Below are positions 30,377 to 40,480 of a stretch of DNA of 64,000 nt, in pieces. A program made the position numbers and the translations under genes. This stretch comes from a virus. Taxonomy: Duplodnaviria; Heunggongvirae; Uroviricota; Caudoviricetes. The notes under the pieces were generated by a model. The model saw nothing but the letters and a program-made list of their open reading frames with translations, ran no database searches and was not told where the DNA came from. Each line of letters opens with the position of its first letter. Position 1 is the first letter of the stretch. The DNA lies in IMG/VR virus record IMGVR_UViG_3300034157_000063. One strand, 5' to 3'.

Positions 30377-31078
30377 ATGAACGAAAAAACTTTAACAGAC
30401 GATCTTGCTTTATTTAAAGTTCGTGCCACCAATATTATGGCTGATTTTTTTATAAAATGGCAATCATCATTTGTTTATGATAAGGTTTATTTTGATGAAG
30501 CACAAATTCAACCTACCAGTCTTAAAGAAAGAATTTACACACTTAGTGTTAAGGTGGTTGATGAAAATAGATTTAAAGAAACGAAAGTGGTGGTCACAGG
30601 TAATTTAGATGATGATGATGAGTTGTCTCATCGTTATACAACTACATTGACAGTCAATGGTGATAAGATTCATGGTTTTAAAAGAGTCGATTTTGATCCA
30701 TATTCATTGGGTTCTGATTTTAAAAAATTCTATGCAACATTTTTTAATTATAATGTGTTGGATAATCGTTACAATAGATTTTTTCTTACTTTTGATGAAC
30801 AAGCTAATATATCAAATATTCGCATTTTTTTTGACGCATCAAAAGATAACAATACTTTTACAATTGACCGATTAATTTATAATTATGAAGATATTATTAT
30901 TTTAAGCCGTTACAATCTTCTGAATTCTGGTTTCAGTAGTTATTGTAATTTTAAATTTCTTTGGTACTGCACGAATATTAGAAATGTTATTAACGAACAA
31001 AATTTGATAGATGCATATCAGGAATATATCAAAAATATGGATAGCTATCATATATTGCTTAAAATGGGAAAAATTTAA
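30377..31078 (+). CDS. Hypothetical protein, MxxI-tail family, tandem paralogue A1
   Basis: W..SF..DK.YFDE and FLW..T.I motifs; ends HILLKMGKI. Confidence 0.8.
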   Translation: MNEKTLTDDLALFKVRATNIMADFFIKWQSSFVYDKVYFDEAQIQPTSLKERIYTLSVKVVDENRFKETKVVVTGNLDDDDELSHRYTTTLTVNGDKIHGFKRVDFDPYSLGSDFKKFYATFFNYNVLDNRYNRFFLTFDEQANISNIRIFFDASKDNNTFTIDRLIYNYEDIIILSRYNLLNSGFSSYCNFKFLWYCTNIRNVINEQNLIDAYQEYIKNMDSYHILLKMGKI

Positions 31079-31182
31079 TAAGATAAGTAGATTACACTTC
31101 AAGAGCTTTGGCTCTTTTTTTATTGAACTTATTTTCATTTTGTAGTATAATACGGCTATTATATTGAGCTTGGAGAGTGACT

Positions 31183-31878
31183 ATGACTGAAGAAATAAGT
31201 GCGACTGAAGTGGAAGTATTCAAAAAGCGAGCATCTGAAATTTTGGATAATTTTTGTAAAGAATGGCAGCATTCATTCTATAATGACAAAATCTACTTTG
31301 ATGAATATCAACTTGATTTCCCAAGTGCAGGCGTGTATACATGGAAAGTTATTGCTGTTAATATATCAACGCTAAAAAAGATGGCTATTGTGGTGACAGG
31401 TAACTTAGGAAAGGCTGATTCCTTACAACATGTTTATACGATTTCAGTGGCAGTTGATGGTGCGAGAGTTCGTGATTTAAAAAAAGATGATTTTAACCCG
31501 CTTGAGCTTCGTGATAAGTTTCATACCTTTTATACATCTATCCTTAATTATAAAGAAGTTGATAAACATGCTTATGGTTTATATCTTGTCTTTGATGAAG
31601 ACGCTAAAATTTTAAGTGCCAACACGACATTTACTATTTATAAAAACGATGAAGCCTGTCGTGCAGACCATTTTGTCTACCATGTCAGTGATTTAGATGT
31701 TTTAATCGGTTACAACCTTGTTCATACAGGTATTATTAACTATCGTAATTTTACATTTCTATGGAATCACACCAATATTCGGATTGTAATGAATGAAGGT
31801 GTTTTTTTTAATGCTTACAAGCTATACACTGAGGATATTGAACGTTACCATTCATTACTTCAAATGGAACGAATTTAA
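31183..31878 (+). CDS. Hypothetical protein, MxxI-tail family, tandem paralogue A2
   Basis: Same motifs as A1; ends HSLLQMERI. Confidence 0.8.
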   Translation: MTEEISATEVEVFKKRASEILDNFCKEWQHSFYNDKIYFDEYQLDFPSAGVYTWKVIAVNISTLKKMAIVVTGNLGKADSLQHVYTISVAVDGARVRDLKKDDFNPLELRDKFHTFYTSILNYKEVDKHAYGLYLVFDEDAKILSANTTFTIYKNDEACRADHFVYHVSDLDVLIGYNLVHTGIINYRNFTFLWNHTNIRIVMNEGVFFNAYKLYTEDIERYHSLLQMERI

Positions 31879-31985
31879 TATTATGAATGATATTGCTATT
31901 TAAAAAGAGCTTCGGCTCTTTTTTTGTTGATTTTTATTGCTGTTTTGTAGTATAATAGTGCAATATATGCCTCTTGGAGATTGTG

Positions 31986-32684
31986 ATGAGTCAGGTTACT
32001 TTAACAACAGAAGAAACTTCTATTATCAAAGCAAATGCAGACAATGTGCTTGCTCGATTTTATAGTAAGTGGAAATTCGCCTTTTCTAACGATAAAATCT
32101 TCTTTGATGAAGCCACAACAGATTTGAACCCTGATTATCATCATGTTCTGAAAACAACAGGCGTTAATGTAAGTACTCTTAAGAAGTTTTCTATTATTGT
32201 TTCCGCAAACATTAGGTCTGGAATTTATACTGAACATTATTACAATATCTATATGAGTGTTGATGCTGACAGTATCAACAACTTTAAAACAAAAGACATT
32301 GACCCAGAAAAACTCAGAAATGACTTTCAAGCATTTTATCGAAAAGTTATTGGAGATGAATTAAATGAAAATGAAGCGTCTAAATTAATATTTTCTTTTG
32401 ATCATAATGCTGTTTTGTTAAGTATTAAGATGACATTTACTCATTACGAAAATCAGGTAGGTCGGCGGGTTGATCAGTGTCTTTATAGAATTGATGATAT
32501 TGATAATTTACGCAAACGTAATATGGTTCGTTCTGGCGTTGTTAATTTTTGTAATTTTACATTCCTTTGGGAACATACATTAATTGAAGACATTCTGAAC
32601 ACAACTGATTTTTATGAGGCTTATAAAATCTATATTTCAGATATTGAACGTTATCACGATTTAATTCAAATGGAGCGTATTTAA
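31986..32684 (+). CDS. Hypothetical protein, MxxI-tail family, tandem paralogue A3
   Basis: Same motifs as A1; ends HDLIQMERI. Confidence 0.8.
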   Translation: MSQVTLTTEETSIIKANADNVLARFYSKWKFAFSNDKIFFDEATTDLNPDYHHVLKTTGVNVSTLKKFSIIVSANIRSGIYTEHYYNIYMSVDADSINNFKTKDIDPEKLRNDFQAFYRKVIGDELNENEASKLIFSFDHNAVLLSIKMTFTHYENQVGRRVDQCLYRIDDIDNLRKRNMVRSGVVNFCNFTFLWEHTLIEDILNTTDFYEAYKIYISDIERYHDLIQMERI

Positions 32685-32685
32685 T

Positions 32686-33387
32686 ATGACGGACATTAAT
32701 AAAACACTTATTGTTAATGATGAAGATATCATAGAGATGTCTTTTGATGTGTTGAGAGGTATATATGCGAAATGGAAAAATGTTTTTAATCAGTCAATTG
32801 TAAATGTTAATGACTTTAATAGTGTTATCGAAGATGATCGAGTTCAAATTTTTTTTGCTGATGCACAGCCAATAGCTATCAATGTTTCAGCCACTAAAAC
32901 AAGTCTTTTTTATGAAGACCTCAATTATGAAATACTGGCTTGGGTTCGTGAACCATTGGTTAAATTATTTGATACTGATGCACTTAGTATTTATGATCTT
33001 CGTGAAAGATTTTATTTAATGGCTCAAGAGCTGGGTGGTTTTGAATGTGAAAACAAAACACGAGCTAGCAGTGAGTTTTCATTTGATAAGTTTGGTAATT
33101 TAACGAAAGTTAGAGTGATATTTCAAAACCATAAAGATCCTACACTGAGTGATGAGAATTATCAACACCTTTCTGACCATTATATTTATGACATTGATGA
33201 TATAGTTTTTTTGAAAGAAAATGGATTAAATGAACTTTATCAGCCATATTTACGAGACTTCTATTTTTTGTGGGAGCATACACATATTGAAGACATTTTA
33301 ATTGCTGCCGATTTTTTGGCGTCATTTAAGTTGTATGCGGAAGACATTACACGTTATAATTCTTTGATTGCAATGACAAAAATATAA
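32686..33387 (+). CDS. Hypothetical protein, MxxI-tail family, tandem paralogue A4
   Basis: FLWEHT.IEDIL motif; ends NSLIAMTKI. Confidence 0.8.
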   Translation: MTDINKTLIVNDEDIIEMSFDVLRGIYAKWKNVFNQSIVNVNDFNSVIEDDRVQIFFADAQPIAINVSATKTSLFYEDLNYEILAWVREPLVKLFDTDALSIYDLRERFYLMAQELGGFECENKTRASSEFSFDKFGNLTKVRVIFQNHKDPTLSDENYQHLSDHYIYDIDDIVFLKENGLNELYQPYLRDFYFLWEHTHIEDILIAADFLASFKLYAEDITRYNSLIAMTKI

Positions 33388-33471
33388 ACTAAATGAGCAG
33401 TCCGTCAAAAACAAGTTGATTTTTATGTTATATGTGTATATAATTTGGGAAATTTATATTAAAGGTGAACT

Positions 33472-34233
33472 ATGATTTTAATTGACAAATATGGTGTCCT
33501 ATATGCACAAGATGAACACACAGGAGAAAAATATAGAATTGAAGACAAGGAAGTTTTAAGTTTTTTAAGAAATTGCATTTCTGGTATGACTCATAACTTT
33601 GGTGTAAGAGATTTTATTTCAATGTTTGAAGCCTATCCATCATTGTTGCTTATTGTTCCAGAATTTGAAGAAGTCATCACTCAGGCCAAGGTCTATGATA
33701 ATTTTACGGAGTCTGATGTTGATTGTTTGTGTATGCAGATTGGTTCAGACATCGTTGCTCGTGAAGATGAAGAAAATTCTATCATGTATTTCAACCTTAT
33801 CGGTGTCACTAAGCTGCAGGAAAACTTTTCACTCAATGTGCAAGCGTGCTCATTGTCACTAAAAAACGTTATCAACTCCAAAATTAGAATCATGGATAGC
33901 TTGGCTTTGACATTTGAGATGGGTGATAGCAATTCGTATAAAGGTCATATCCCCTTTAATGTTAAGAACTTTACTTTATTCGATTTCATTGCAGTCGTAG
34001 CGAATAGTCTTGTTCAAAATACTGAGAATGAAGGTGCCGAAGATAGCTTCAATGAAATCAAAGATAAGCTATTTAAAATGCGTAATATTATGTCTCAAAG
34101 ATTGGGCTTGCCAAACTTTGAAAGTGAGCGTAAAGTGGATGAAGAAGATGTAAAAGAAAATACCAATCACATATTGAAGCAAATCGAAGATATGATGAAT
34201 CCGGGGAAAGATAAAGACAAGGGAAAACAATAA
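33472..34233 (+). CDS. Hypothetical protein (first of three distant paralogues)
   Basis: M..I.K.G start and F.V..F..M...YP.L motif. Confidence 0.75.
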   Translation: MILIDKYGVLYAQDEHTGEKYRIEDKEVLSFLRNCISGMTHNFGVRDFISMFEAYPSLLLIVPEFEEVITQAKVYDNFTESDVDCLCMQIGSDIVAREDEENSIMYFNLIGVTKLQENFSLNVQACSLSLKNVINSKIRIMDSLALTFEMGDSNSYKGHIPFNVKNFTLFDFIAVVANSLVQNTENEGAEDSFNEIKDKLFKMRNIMSQRLGLPNFESERKVDEEDVKENTNHILKQIEDMMNPGKDKDKGKQ

Positions 34234-34243
34234 GGAGTTTTTT

Positions 34244-34921
34244 ATGTTAAGATTAAGCAAAGAAGGTCATATTTTTACAGTTTCTGAACTCGATGAAAAA
34301 TCGGTTTTACTTGAAAATGAAGATCTCTATAATAGTGTTTTTCAAAATTTTGAAATAGAAGAAGATTTTTCAGTAGTATCGTTCTTTGAAATGATTAAAC
34401 AATATCCATTATTTTTGAAATTTTTTCAACAAGGGGCTTCATACCTTGAAGAATATGAAGCGATTGATAAGTCTGTTGGTCAAGATTGTGATAAAATTGC
34501 CGTTATAACTCCACACTTTATGCTTAAAGATGGCGTCATTAGTCAATTTAACAAAATGGAAATTTATTTTTATAACAATGCTGAGTCATTCTGTGAAGAT
34601 GACCTCAGTTCAATGTATTTGAAAGATTATATCCATTACAGAATTGGTATCAATAGTTTAGCTTTTGTTGACAGTATTGATGAAAATGGTGTCAGTGATT
34701 CGCTTTACTTAGAATACTTCCCAGAAACTCAATTCCACTTGCTTAACTTTGTTCATTTTGTATTTGATACCATTTCACTGCATGGTTTTGTTGAAGAGCG
34801 AAACACTGTTATTGAAGAGATTGAACGTGATGAAAAAGAAATGCAAGAACACCTTGAAATAGAAGCCAACGATTTAACTGCAAAATTTCTTGAACAAATC
34901 AAGTCTGGCGGCAAGTCATGA
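34244..34921 (+). CDS. Hypothetical protein (second of three distant paralogues)
   Basis: EDFSVVSFFEMIKQYPLF. Confidence 0.75.
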   Translation: MLRLSKEGHIFTVSELDEKSVLLENEDLYNSVFQNFEIEEDFSVVSFFEMIKQYPLFLKFFQQGASYLEEYEAIDKSVGQDCDKIAVITPHFMLKDGVISQFNKMEIYFYNNAESFCEDDLSSMYLKDYIHYRIGINSLAFVDSIDENGVSDSLYLEYFPETQFHLLNFVHFVFDTISLHGFVEERNTVIEEIERDEKEMQEHLEIEANDLTAKFLEQIKSGGKS

Positions 34922-35583
34922 TTAAAATAACTAAAAATGGTTACATCCATTTCAAAGATAAATGTATTCCTAATAGTGTTGTGTTAACGATGTTGAGTGA
35001 GCGGTTGGTTCTTGATGAAGATTTTACACTTAATTCATTTTTCAAAATGTTAAACCTTTATCCAAACTTACTGAAACTTGAAACTTGTATGCCTCTTTAT
35101 TTAGATTTTTATAATAAAACTGCAGAGAAAGGGGCTATTGAAGAAATTGACACCACTAAAAAAATTCTTTTTAATAGTTACATTGTAGAAGATGAAGGTT
35201 TGTCGATGGATAAGAAGCATAACCTCACCGTAAAGTTTAAATCAGGTCATCTGTCCAATGTTAATAATCATCAATTATTCGAACTGATTAATCACCCGAT
35301 TAAATTAAACGAAAAAATTGTAAATTTTAGAATGGAAGACAACCCAGACTATGTTGAAAATAAAGCGTATCCTAAAAAAGTCTATGTAAGACAACCACAA
35401 GTTAATAAATCGAAATATCCCTGTGATTTCTTTTCTTTTATTATGTTCTTGTCTGGTTCTTTGTTTAGAGGTATGACACCAGAAAGTAGACGAAACACTG
35501 TTGAAATTACTGAAATGTCTTATACTATGTTAGCCTCAGAAGTGTTTAGAGAAATTAATAAAATAGTTTCAGGCACACCATAA
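34918..35583 (+). CDS. Hypothetical protein (third of three distant paralogues)
   Basis: EDFTLNSFFKMLNLYPNL; ATGA overlap with the previous gene. Confidence 0.75.
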   Translation: MIKITKNGYIHFKDKCIPNSVVLTMLSERLVLDEDFTLNSFFKMLNLYPNLLKLETCMPLYLDFYNKTAEKGAIEEIDTTKKILFNSYIVEDEGLSMDKKHNLTVKFKSGHLSNVNNHQLFELINHPIKLNEKIVNFRMEDNPDYVENKAYPKKVYVRQPQVNKSKYPCDFFSFIMFLSGSLFRGMTPESRRNTVEITEMSYTMLASEVFREINKIVSGTP

Positions 35584-35668
35584 AATAAGGTTTGCAAACA
35601 TATCCTAGATTTGATATACTACTCTAAGTGTTGTATTAGAGTAGCAAATCTTTTTTTAGGAGAAAATT

Positions 35669-36199
35669 ATGAAAGATGTTAAGAAGTCGCTTACAGGACA
35701 AGAAAAAGCCAACTTAATTGCTAGTGCGGATAAGGCTCTCTGCGAATCAGTGCAGTCTATGCGTAAAAAACTTATTCAAGAAGGTTTTTTGACATCTTAT
35801 ACACAAGTTCAAGTGCTTGATAAACTTTTGTGGGGTGTTCGTGAAGCTGAAAATAACACGCTCAGTAAGGCTTTGTTGGATAACCTCGTTAAAACAAAAC
35901 AAGTCACACTCATTCAAAATATTGTTGAATTATTCCGTGAAGGCTGGAAGTTGTCTCGTGCTTTCAAGTTTTATACAGGTAGCGGTCCAGTCGCTGAAAT
36001 GAATGCTTGGAAAATTAAACGAATTCTTGAAGTTATTGTAAAAAAGGATCGTTCAGATTTTCCTAAAATGGAAGCAGAAGACAATAAAAAACCAGCTCTC
36101 CCTAAAAAGAAGCCAGTGAATAAGTCTGCCCAACCTGTTGTGAAGAAAGAAACGGCGGTTGTTCCTATCACTATTAAGACACAACCAGTAAAAAAATAA
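35669..36199 (+). CDS. Hypothetical basic protein
   Basis: AGGAG SD; Lys/Pro-rich C-terminus. Confidence 0.75.
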   Translation: MKDVKKSLTGQEKANLIASADKALCESVQSMRKKLIQEGFLTSYTQVQVLDKLLWGVREAENNTLSKALLDNLVKTKQVTLIQNIVELFREGWKLSRAFKFYTGSGPVAEMNAWKIKRILEVIVKKDRSDFPKMEAEDNKKPALPKKKPVNKSAQPVVKKETAVVPITIKTQPVKK

Positions 36200-36287
36200 G
36201 AAACATTTTTAACACTTTAAAAGACAACAAGCCTATTGTTGTCTTTTTTGTTTTGTGGTAAAATATTTAGATAAAAGAGGATTAATT

Positions 36288-37049
36288 ATGAGTTATGTTG
36301 TAAATGGTGATTGTTTAGATGTTTTGAAAAAAATGGATTCTTCAAGTGTTGATCTTATTGTTGCAGATCCACCTTATTTTCAGGTTTGTGGTGATTTTGA
36401 CTTTGTTTTTAAAAATCGTAAAGAATACATGGACTGGTGTTTGAATTGGTTGAAAGAAGCAAAAAGAGTGCTTAAAGATACTGGAACATTGATTCTATGG
36501 GGTGGTGTTGGCGAGAAAGAAATGAACATTGCTCGTTTAGCTATTATGGTAGAAGACGAAAACTTGTTCATCCGTAAGAATTGGATTACTCAACGTAATA
36601 GTCGTGGATACGGAACAAAAAGAAACTATATGTCAGCAAGAGAAGACTTTTTGTTTCTTACTAAGACTGAAAATTATACGTTCAATATTCCATATACCAA
36701 TGAAAAATCTAAACGTAAGGACTTGGGTGCTAATGGCAAACCAAGAACTAATGAATTTAAACGAGTGTCAAACGTCTGGAATGATATTACAGAAGCCAGT
36801 CAATCATCTATTGAAAGATGTTGGCACCCTACTGTAAAAGCTCAGGCATTGTGTGATAGATTGATTCAAACCCACTCTAATGAAGGTGATATTGTTTTTA
36901 TACCATTCATGGGTTCTGGTAGTGAAGTGGTGAGTGCTATCAATAATAAAAGAGAATATATTGGTGTTGAACTTGATAAAGAGCATTTTGATAACTCAAT
37001 AGAAAGAATTAAACAACTCACATTAACTGAACATATAGAAATTAAGTAA
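36288..37049 (+). CDS. N6-adenine/N4-cytosine DNA methyltransferase (beta class)
   Basis: GDCL, DLIVADPPY (motif IV) precedes HPTVK and PFMGSGS (motif I); start revised to MSYVV. Confidence 0.92.
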   Translation: MSYVVNGDCLDVLKKMDSSSVDLIVADPPYFQVCGDFDFVFKNRKEYMDWCLNWLKEAKRVLKDTGTLILWGGVGEKEMNIARLAIMVEDENLFIRKNWITQRNSRGYGTKRNYMSAREDFLFLTKTENYTFNIPYTNEKSKRKDLGANGKPRTNEFKRVSNVWNDITEASQSSIERCWHPTVKAQALCDRLIQTHSNEGDIVFIPFMGSGSEVVSAINNKREYIGVELDKEHFDNSIERIKQLTLTEHIEIK

Positions 37050-37052
37050 ATT

Positions 37053-37985
37053 ATGATCACTATTAAAGATATAGTAAGACTTGATAACGTTACTTTAACT
37101 AACGACGAAATTGATGTTTTAAAGAAAATATCTTCTAATACAAGTAACACTTGGCAAAGCAACCGAACACCAGAAGAGAAGTTGAAAGACACTCTTTTGG
37201 GTAAGTTTGCTGAAAAAGGTCTTGCCTTACTCTTTAATTATTCTAAAACACATACACCTATGATTTCATTCTATGATGAGTTTAGAATTGATGATTACAA
37301 AAAACATAATGGTGTTGATTTTATTTTTGAAGAACATCGTGAAAATGGTATTATTCTTGCAAAAGATAACACTTCCATTGTAAGAGTTCAAGACTATTTA
37401 AACAAAATTTATGCTTCAAAAAATGGCTATTATTCGTTATCTGATAAAGAGAGAGATAATTTAAGAAGTATTAATGTCTCCATAGGTGAAATAAAGTCTA
37501 CAAGAATAGGTTCACGACATTTGATGACAGATGGTAGTGTTAATTTAACAAAAATTATTTCTGACGACTTTCTGACTTATCCAAAGCATACAAGAAAATC
37601 ATCTACTATCTCTAATAAAAATGATTATATTGAGTATGTTAAAAAGCAAACTCAATTACAGGAACTTGATGAAATTATAAAAGCTGAACAAAGAAATCTA
37701 ACCGATTGGTATTTTCGAGTTTATGTTAAAGAGAAGGATTTTAATTCTTGTGATTTGTATATTGTTGGATGTTTAAGTGGTGTTTATTTTGCGAATAATT
37801 TTGATGTGAAAAAGATGTCAAAGCAAACGAAATCAGAAGAAGCTATTTATTTGTCTGTTCCGATTCGAAAGGGAACTCCAATTAAAGATTTTATAAAAGA
37901 GAACTTGATGTTTTCTGAGAACAGTAACGTAGGTTATCAAAACCTTTCTCAATATGGATTAAAAAAACAAAAAAACCAACAGTGA
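37053..37985 (+). CDS. Putative PD-(D/E)xK restriction endonuclease
   Basis: 3 nt after the MTase stop; GKFAEK...GVDF...GEIKS pattern. Confidence 0.55.
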   Translation: MITIKDIVRLDNVTLTNDEIDVLKKISSNTSNTWQSNRTPEEKLKDTLLGKFAEKGLALLFNYSKTHTPMISFYDEFRIDDYKKHNGVDFIFEEHRENGIILAKDNTSIVRVQDYLNKIYASKNGYYSLSDKERDNLRSINVSIGEIKSTRIGSRHLMTDGSVNLTKIISDDFLTYPKHTRKSSTISNKNDYIEYVKKQTQLQELDEIIKAEQRNLTDWYFRVYVKEKDFNSCDLYIVGCLSGVYFANNFDVKKMSKQTKSEEAIYLSVPIRKGTPIKDFIKENLMFSENSNVGYQNLSQYGLKKQKNQQ

Positions 37986-38012
37986 TGTTGGTTTTTTATT
38001 GTCTTTGATATT

Positions 38013-38312
38013 TTAAATTAAACCATACAAGACATCAGTAGGATCTAAACTCGCCAGTGTTGCTGCAGTTTGAGCTACATCAAGAGCATCACTCCACCCT
38101 TCAATACTGTCTTTATATGTCGATGTAATACGCAAGAGTAACGCTAAGTGCTCAGCGTTTACTTCTTCTGGCACTAATCCTGATAAATTAAGATTACTTA
38201 CACCATTTAAGAGTAACCATGCAAAAGCACTTTCAGCCGTCTTGGTTAAGTTATCAACTGAAGTGTCTTTATTTGATTTTGAAATGAAATCTGTAATATT
38301 AAATGAACTCAT
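38013..38312 (-). CDS. Hypothetical protein
   Basis: Start revised to MSSFN after AGGAG. Confidence 0.65.
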   Translation of the reverse strand: MSSFNITDFISKSNKDTSVDNLTKTAESAFAWLLLNGVSNLNLSGLVPEEVNAEHLALLLRITSTYKDSIEGWSDALDVAQTAATLASLDPTDVLYGLI

Positions 38313-38313
38313 G

Positions 38314-39153
38314 TTATCTCCTAGGTTGAGCGTAAAGACAGAAAGAAGCATTTCTTCTGTATATTTTGTTAAAGGTTTGGTAGATCTCAGGTGTTAATCG
38401 TCCAACTAATTTCAAATTTAAAGCAAAGTACGCATATTCTAACATCGTTTGTTCTGATAAGTTTGCTGCTGGGTATGGAAACATTTTATAAGGGAACATT
38501 AAATAGGTCTTGTCACCATTCACCACTTTTGGATACATAGAAACAGCCGTCACATTGTTCATGATAAATTTTTCTTCAAGTCCTATCATTTTTATTCGGC
38601 TTTGATCTTTAACATAATCCACAACCTTCTGTGCGGATGGCACTGCTACAATGACCACGTTAGACGCATTATGGAACTGCAAGAAGTCTTGGTAGGCACT
38701 TACATCAGTTATTCTTAATTGCCTCTTAAATGGCACGATAGCGTTCATATCTGTCAATCTTTGCTCTACACCGTTGCAACTGTATGTTGTGTAGGATTGT
38801 TCCACATCAATTTTTGATACATTTTGTTTAAATTGAAAAACAATATCATTATAACTATTTGCTTGTTCTTCTATTTGATTTCTTTCACGCTGGTCAATCA
38901 ACCCTGAATCAAACAGCATGTTCAATGCATCATCTCTGTGATCACTGTTAACGACTGCTGTATGACGAAGCGACTCCCTTACAATCAGTTGCTTGTCTCT
39001 GTCATTTTTTAAAAACTGACCTAACTGTAATGCATAATCTTTGTTGCCTAAATTCTTTTGAGTTTCCATGAGTATGGAAGTTATCTTTTCATTACCAGCA
39101 AAGGCACTGGTTGTTGTAAGTGCTATGCAAATAGATAATAGTAATTTCTTCAT
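38314..39153 (-). CDS. Secreted hypothetical protein
   Basis: Signal peptide MKKLLLSICIALTTTSAFA. Confidence 0.75.
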   Translation of the reverse strand: MKKLLLSICIALTTTSAFAGNEKITSILMETQKNLGNKDYALQLGQFLKNDRDKQLIVRESLRHTAVVNSDHRDDALNMLFDSGLIDQRERNQIEEQANSYNDIVFQFKQNVSKIDVEQSYTTYSCNGVEQRLTDMNAIVPFKRQLRITDVSAYQDFLQFHNASNVVIVAVPSAQKVVDYVKDQSRIKMIGLEEKFIMNNVTAVSMYPKVVNGDKTYLMFPYKMFPYPAANLSEQTMLEYAYFALNLKLVGRLTPEIYQTFNKIYRRNASFCLYAQPRR

Positions 39154-39272
39154 TATATAGACCTTTTTATGTTTCTATTATTGTAGTTTTTTTACGTTAA
39201 AAGTCAATGTTTACTTTTATTTTTAACCAAAATATGATATAATAGGTGTTCATTATAGGTGGAGAACATTAA

Positions 39273-39827
39273 ATGTCTATTTTTTTAAACGCTTTAAATC
39301 GTCTCAAAAATCCAGTAGAAAAACTGGAATTTTTTAGAAAGGAAGATTATCGAAGACAAGCTATCATTGCTAATTTGAATGCAATGAATGTGATGATTAG
39401 CACTCGTTATTCAATCTATGATAAACATACAAAATCAGATATCAATTATCTTGCTGAAAAATATAAGCTAATGTTTGGTGATTATCGTTCTGCTATGATT
39501 AAAGATTCTAAAAAAGTTGATCTCCCTAATACGCTTATTTCGATCAATAATCGTATGATCAAAGAAGCTGAAAGCTTTTATATTGAAAGCAATATTATTC
39601 TTGAACGTATTAAAAAAGAAATGAGCAATCATGTCAAACATCAATACGGTCAAAAACTACTGGAAAAGATTTATCCTCAGAAGGATGAGTATATGAGATC
39701 CTTTGATACAGTATCAGAAGGTGTTCGTGCTTGGGAATGTTTAGTATCTATTGTCGAAGATGGTACGATTCAGTTGAATGACTTACCAGAATATGGAATT
39801 GATATTGAAGGTATTGTGCTTGACTGA
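39273..39827 (+). CDS. Hypothetical protein
   Basis: GGAG SD, TATAAT upstream. Confidence 0.7.
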   Translation: MSIFLNALNRLKNPVEKLEFFRKEDYRRQAIIANLNAMNVMISTRYSIYDKHTKSDINYLAEKYKLMFGDYRSAMIKDSKKVDLPNTLISINNRMIKEAESFYIESNIILERIKKEMSNHVKHQYGQKLLEKIYPQKDEYMRSFDTVSEGVRAWECLVSIVEDGTIQLNDLPEYGIDIEGIVLD

Positions 39828-40430
39828 TTAGATGGATGCCATATCAAATATGCTCATTAGCTTGTCAAATTCTTCTTTATTTAAATTTTTGATATATTCT
39901 TCTGAGCATTCTATTTCTATCTTATTAAATGACGTTAACAAAAGATCATATATATTTTTAAAATGATAAGGTTTTTTGTTGGCATGAAGATAACTATAAC
40001 ATTTATCCTTTTTCAAAAAGTTAAAGACTCCGGTGGCCGGAACGATTGAAAAAGTTATATCTATTATTAACCGTTCTATCCATGTCTTTTTATTGTTTGG
40101 ATTTAAATTGTTATAATGATATATTTGATTTGATTCTTCAGTTTGAAACTTATAGACTTGCTCTTTTAATCGCATAATTTTATACATTTCTAATTTTAAA
40201 TCGCAATCATTTATAAATACCTTATTTAAATCTTCAATATTAAATTTTAGAATCTCTCCCAAGTCGATGACACTGTTATTTTCTATATTTTTAATTTGAG
40301 CATAAATATATTTGATTGAAAAATCATCTGGCTTATATCTTTCTACTAGATCAAGAAAGGCCATGTAGTCAATAGAATACACATCATTTAATTTTTTTAT
40401 TAGTTTTTTGCTTATGTTGTAGTTTGACAT
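39828..40430 (-). CDS. Hypothetical protein, MxxI-tail family
   Basis: AGGAGG SD; ends NLNKEEFDKLMSIFDMASI. Confidence 0.75.
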   Translation of the reverse strand: MSNYNISKKLIKKLNDVYSIDYMAFLDLVERYKPDDFSIKYIYAQIKNIENNSVIDLGEILKFNIEDLNKVFINDCDLKLEMYKIMRLKEQVYKFQTEESNQIYHYNNLNPNNKKTWIERLIIDITFSIVPATGVFNFLKKDKCYSYLHANKKPYHFKNIYDLLLTSFNKIEIECSEEYIKNLNKEEFDKLMSIFDMASI

Positions 40431-40480
40431 ACTTAAACCTCCTACAGTATTATTGTAGAAGGTTCAAAAAAGTCAACATA

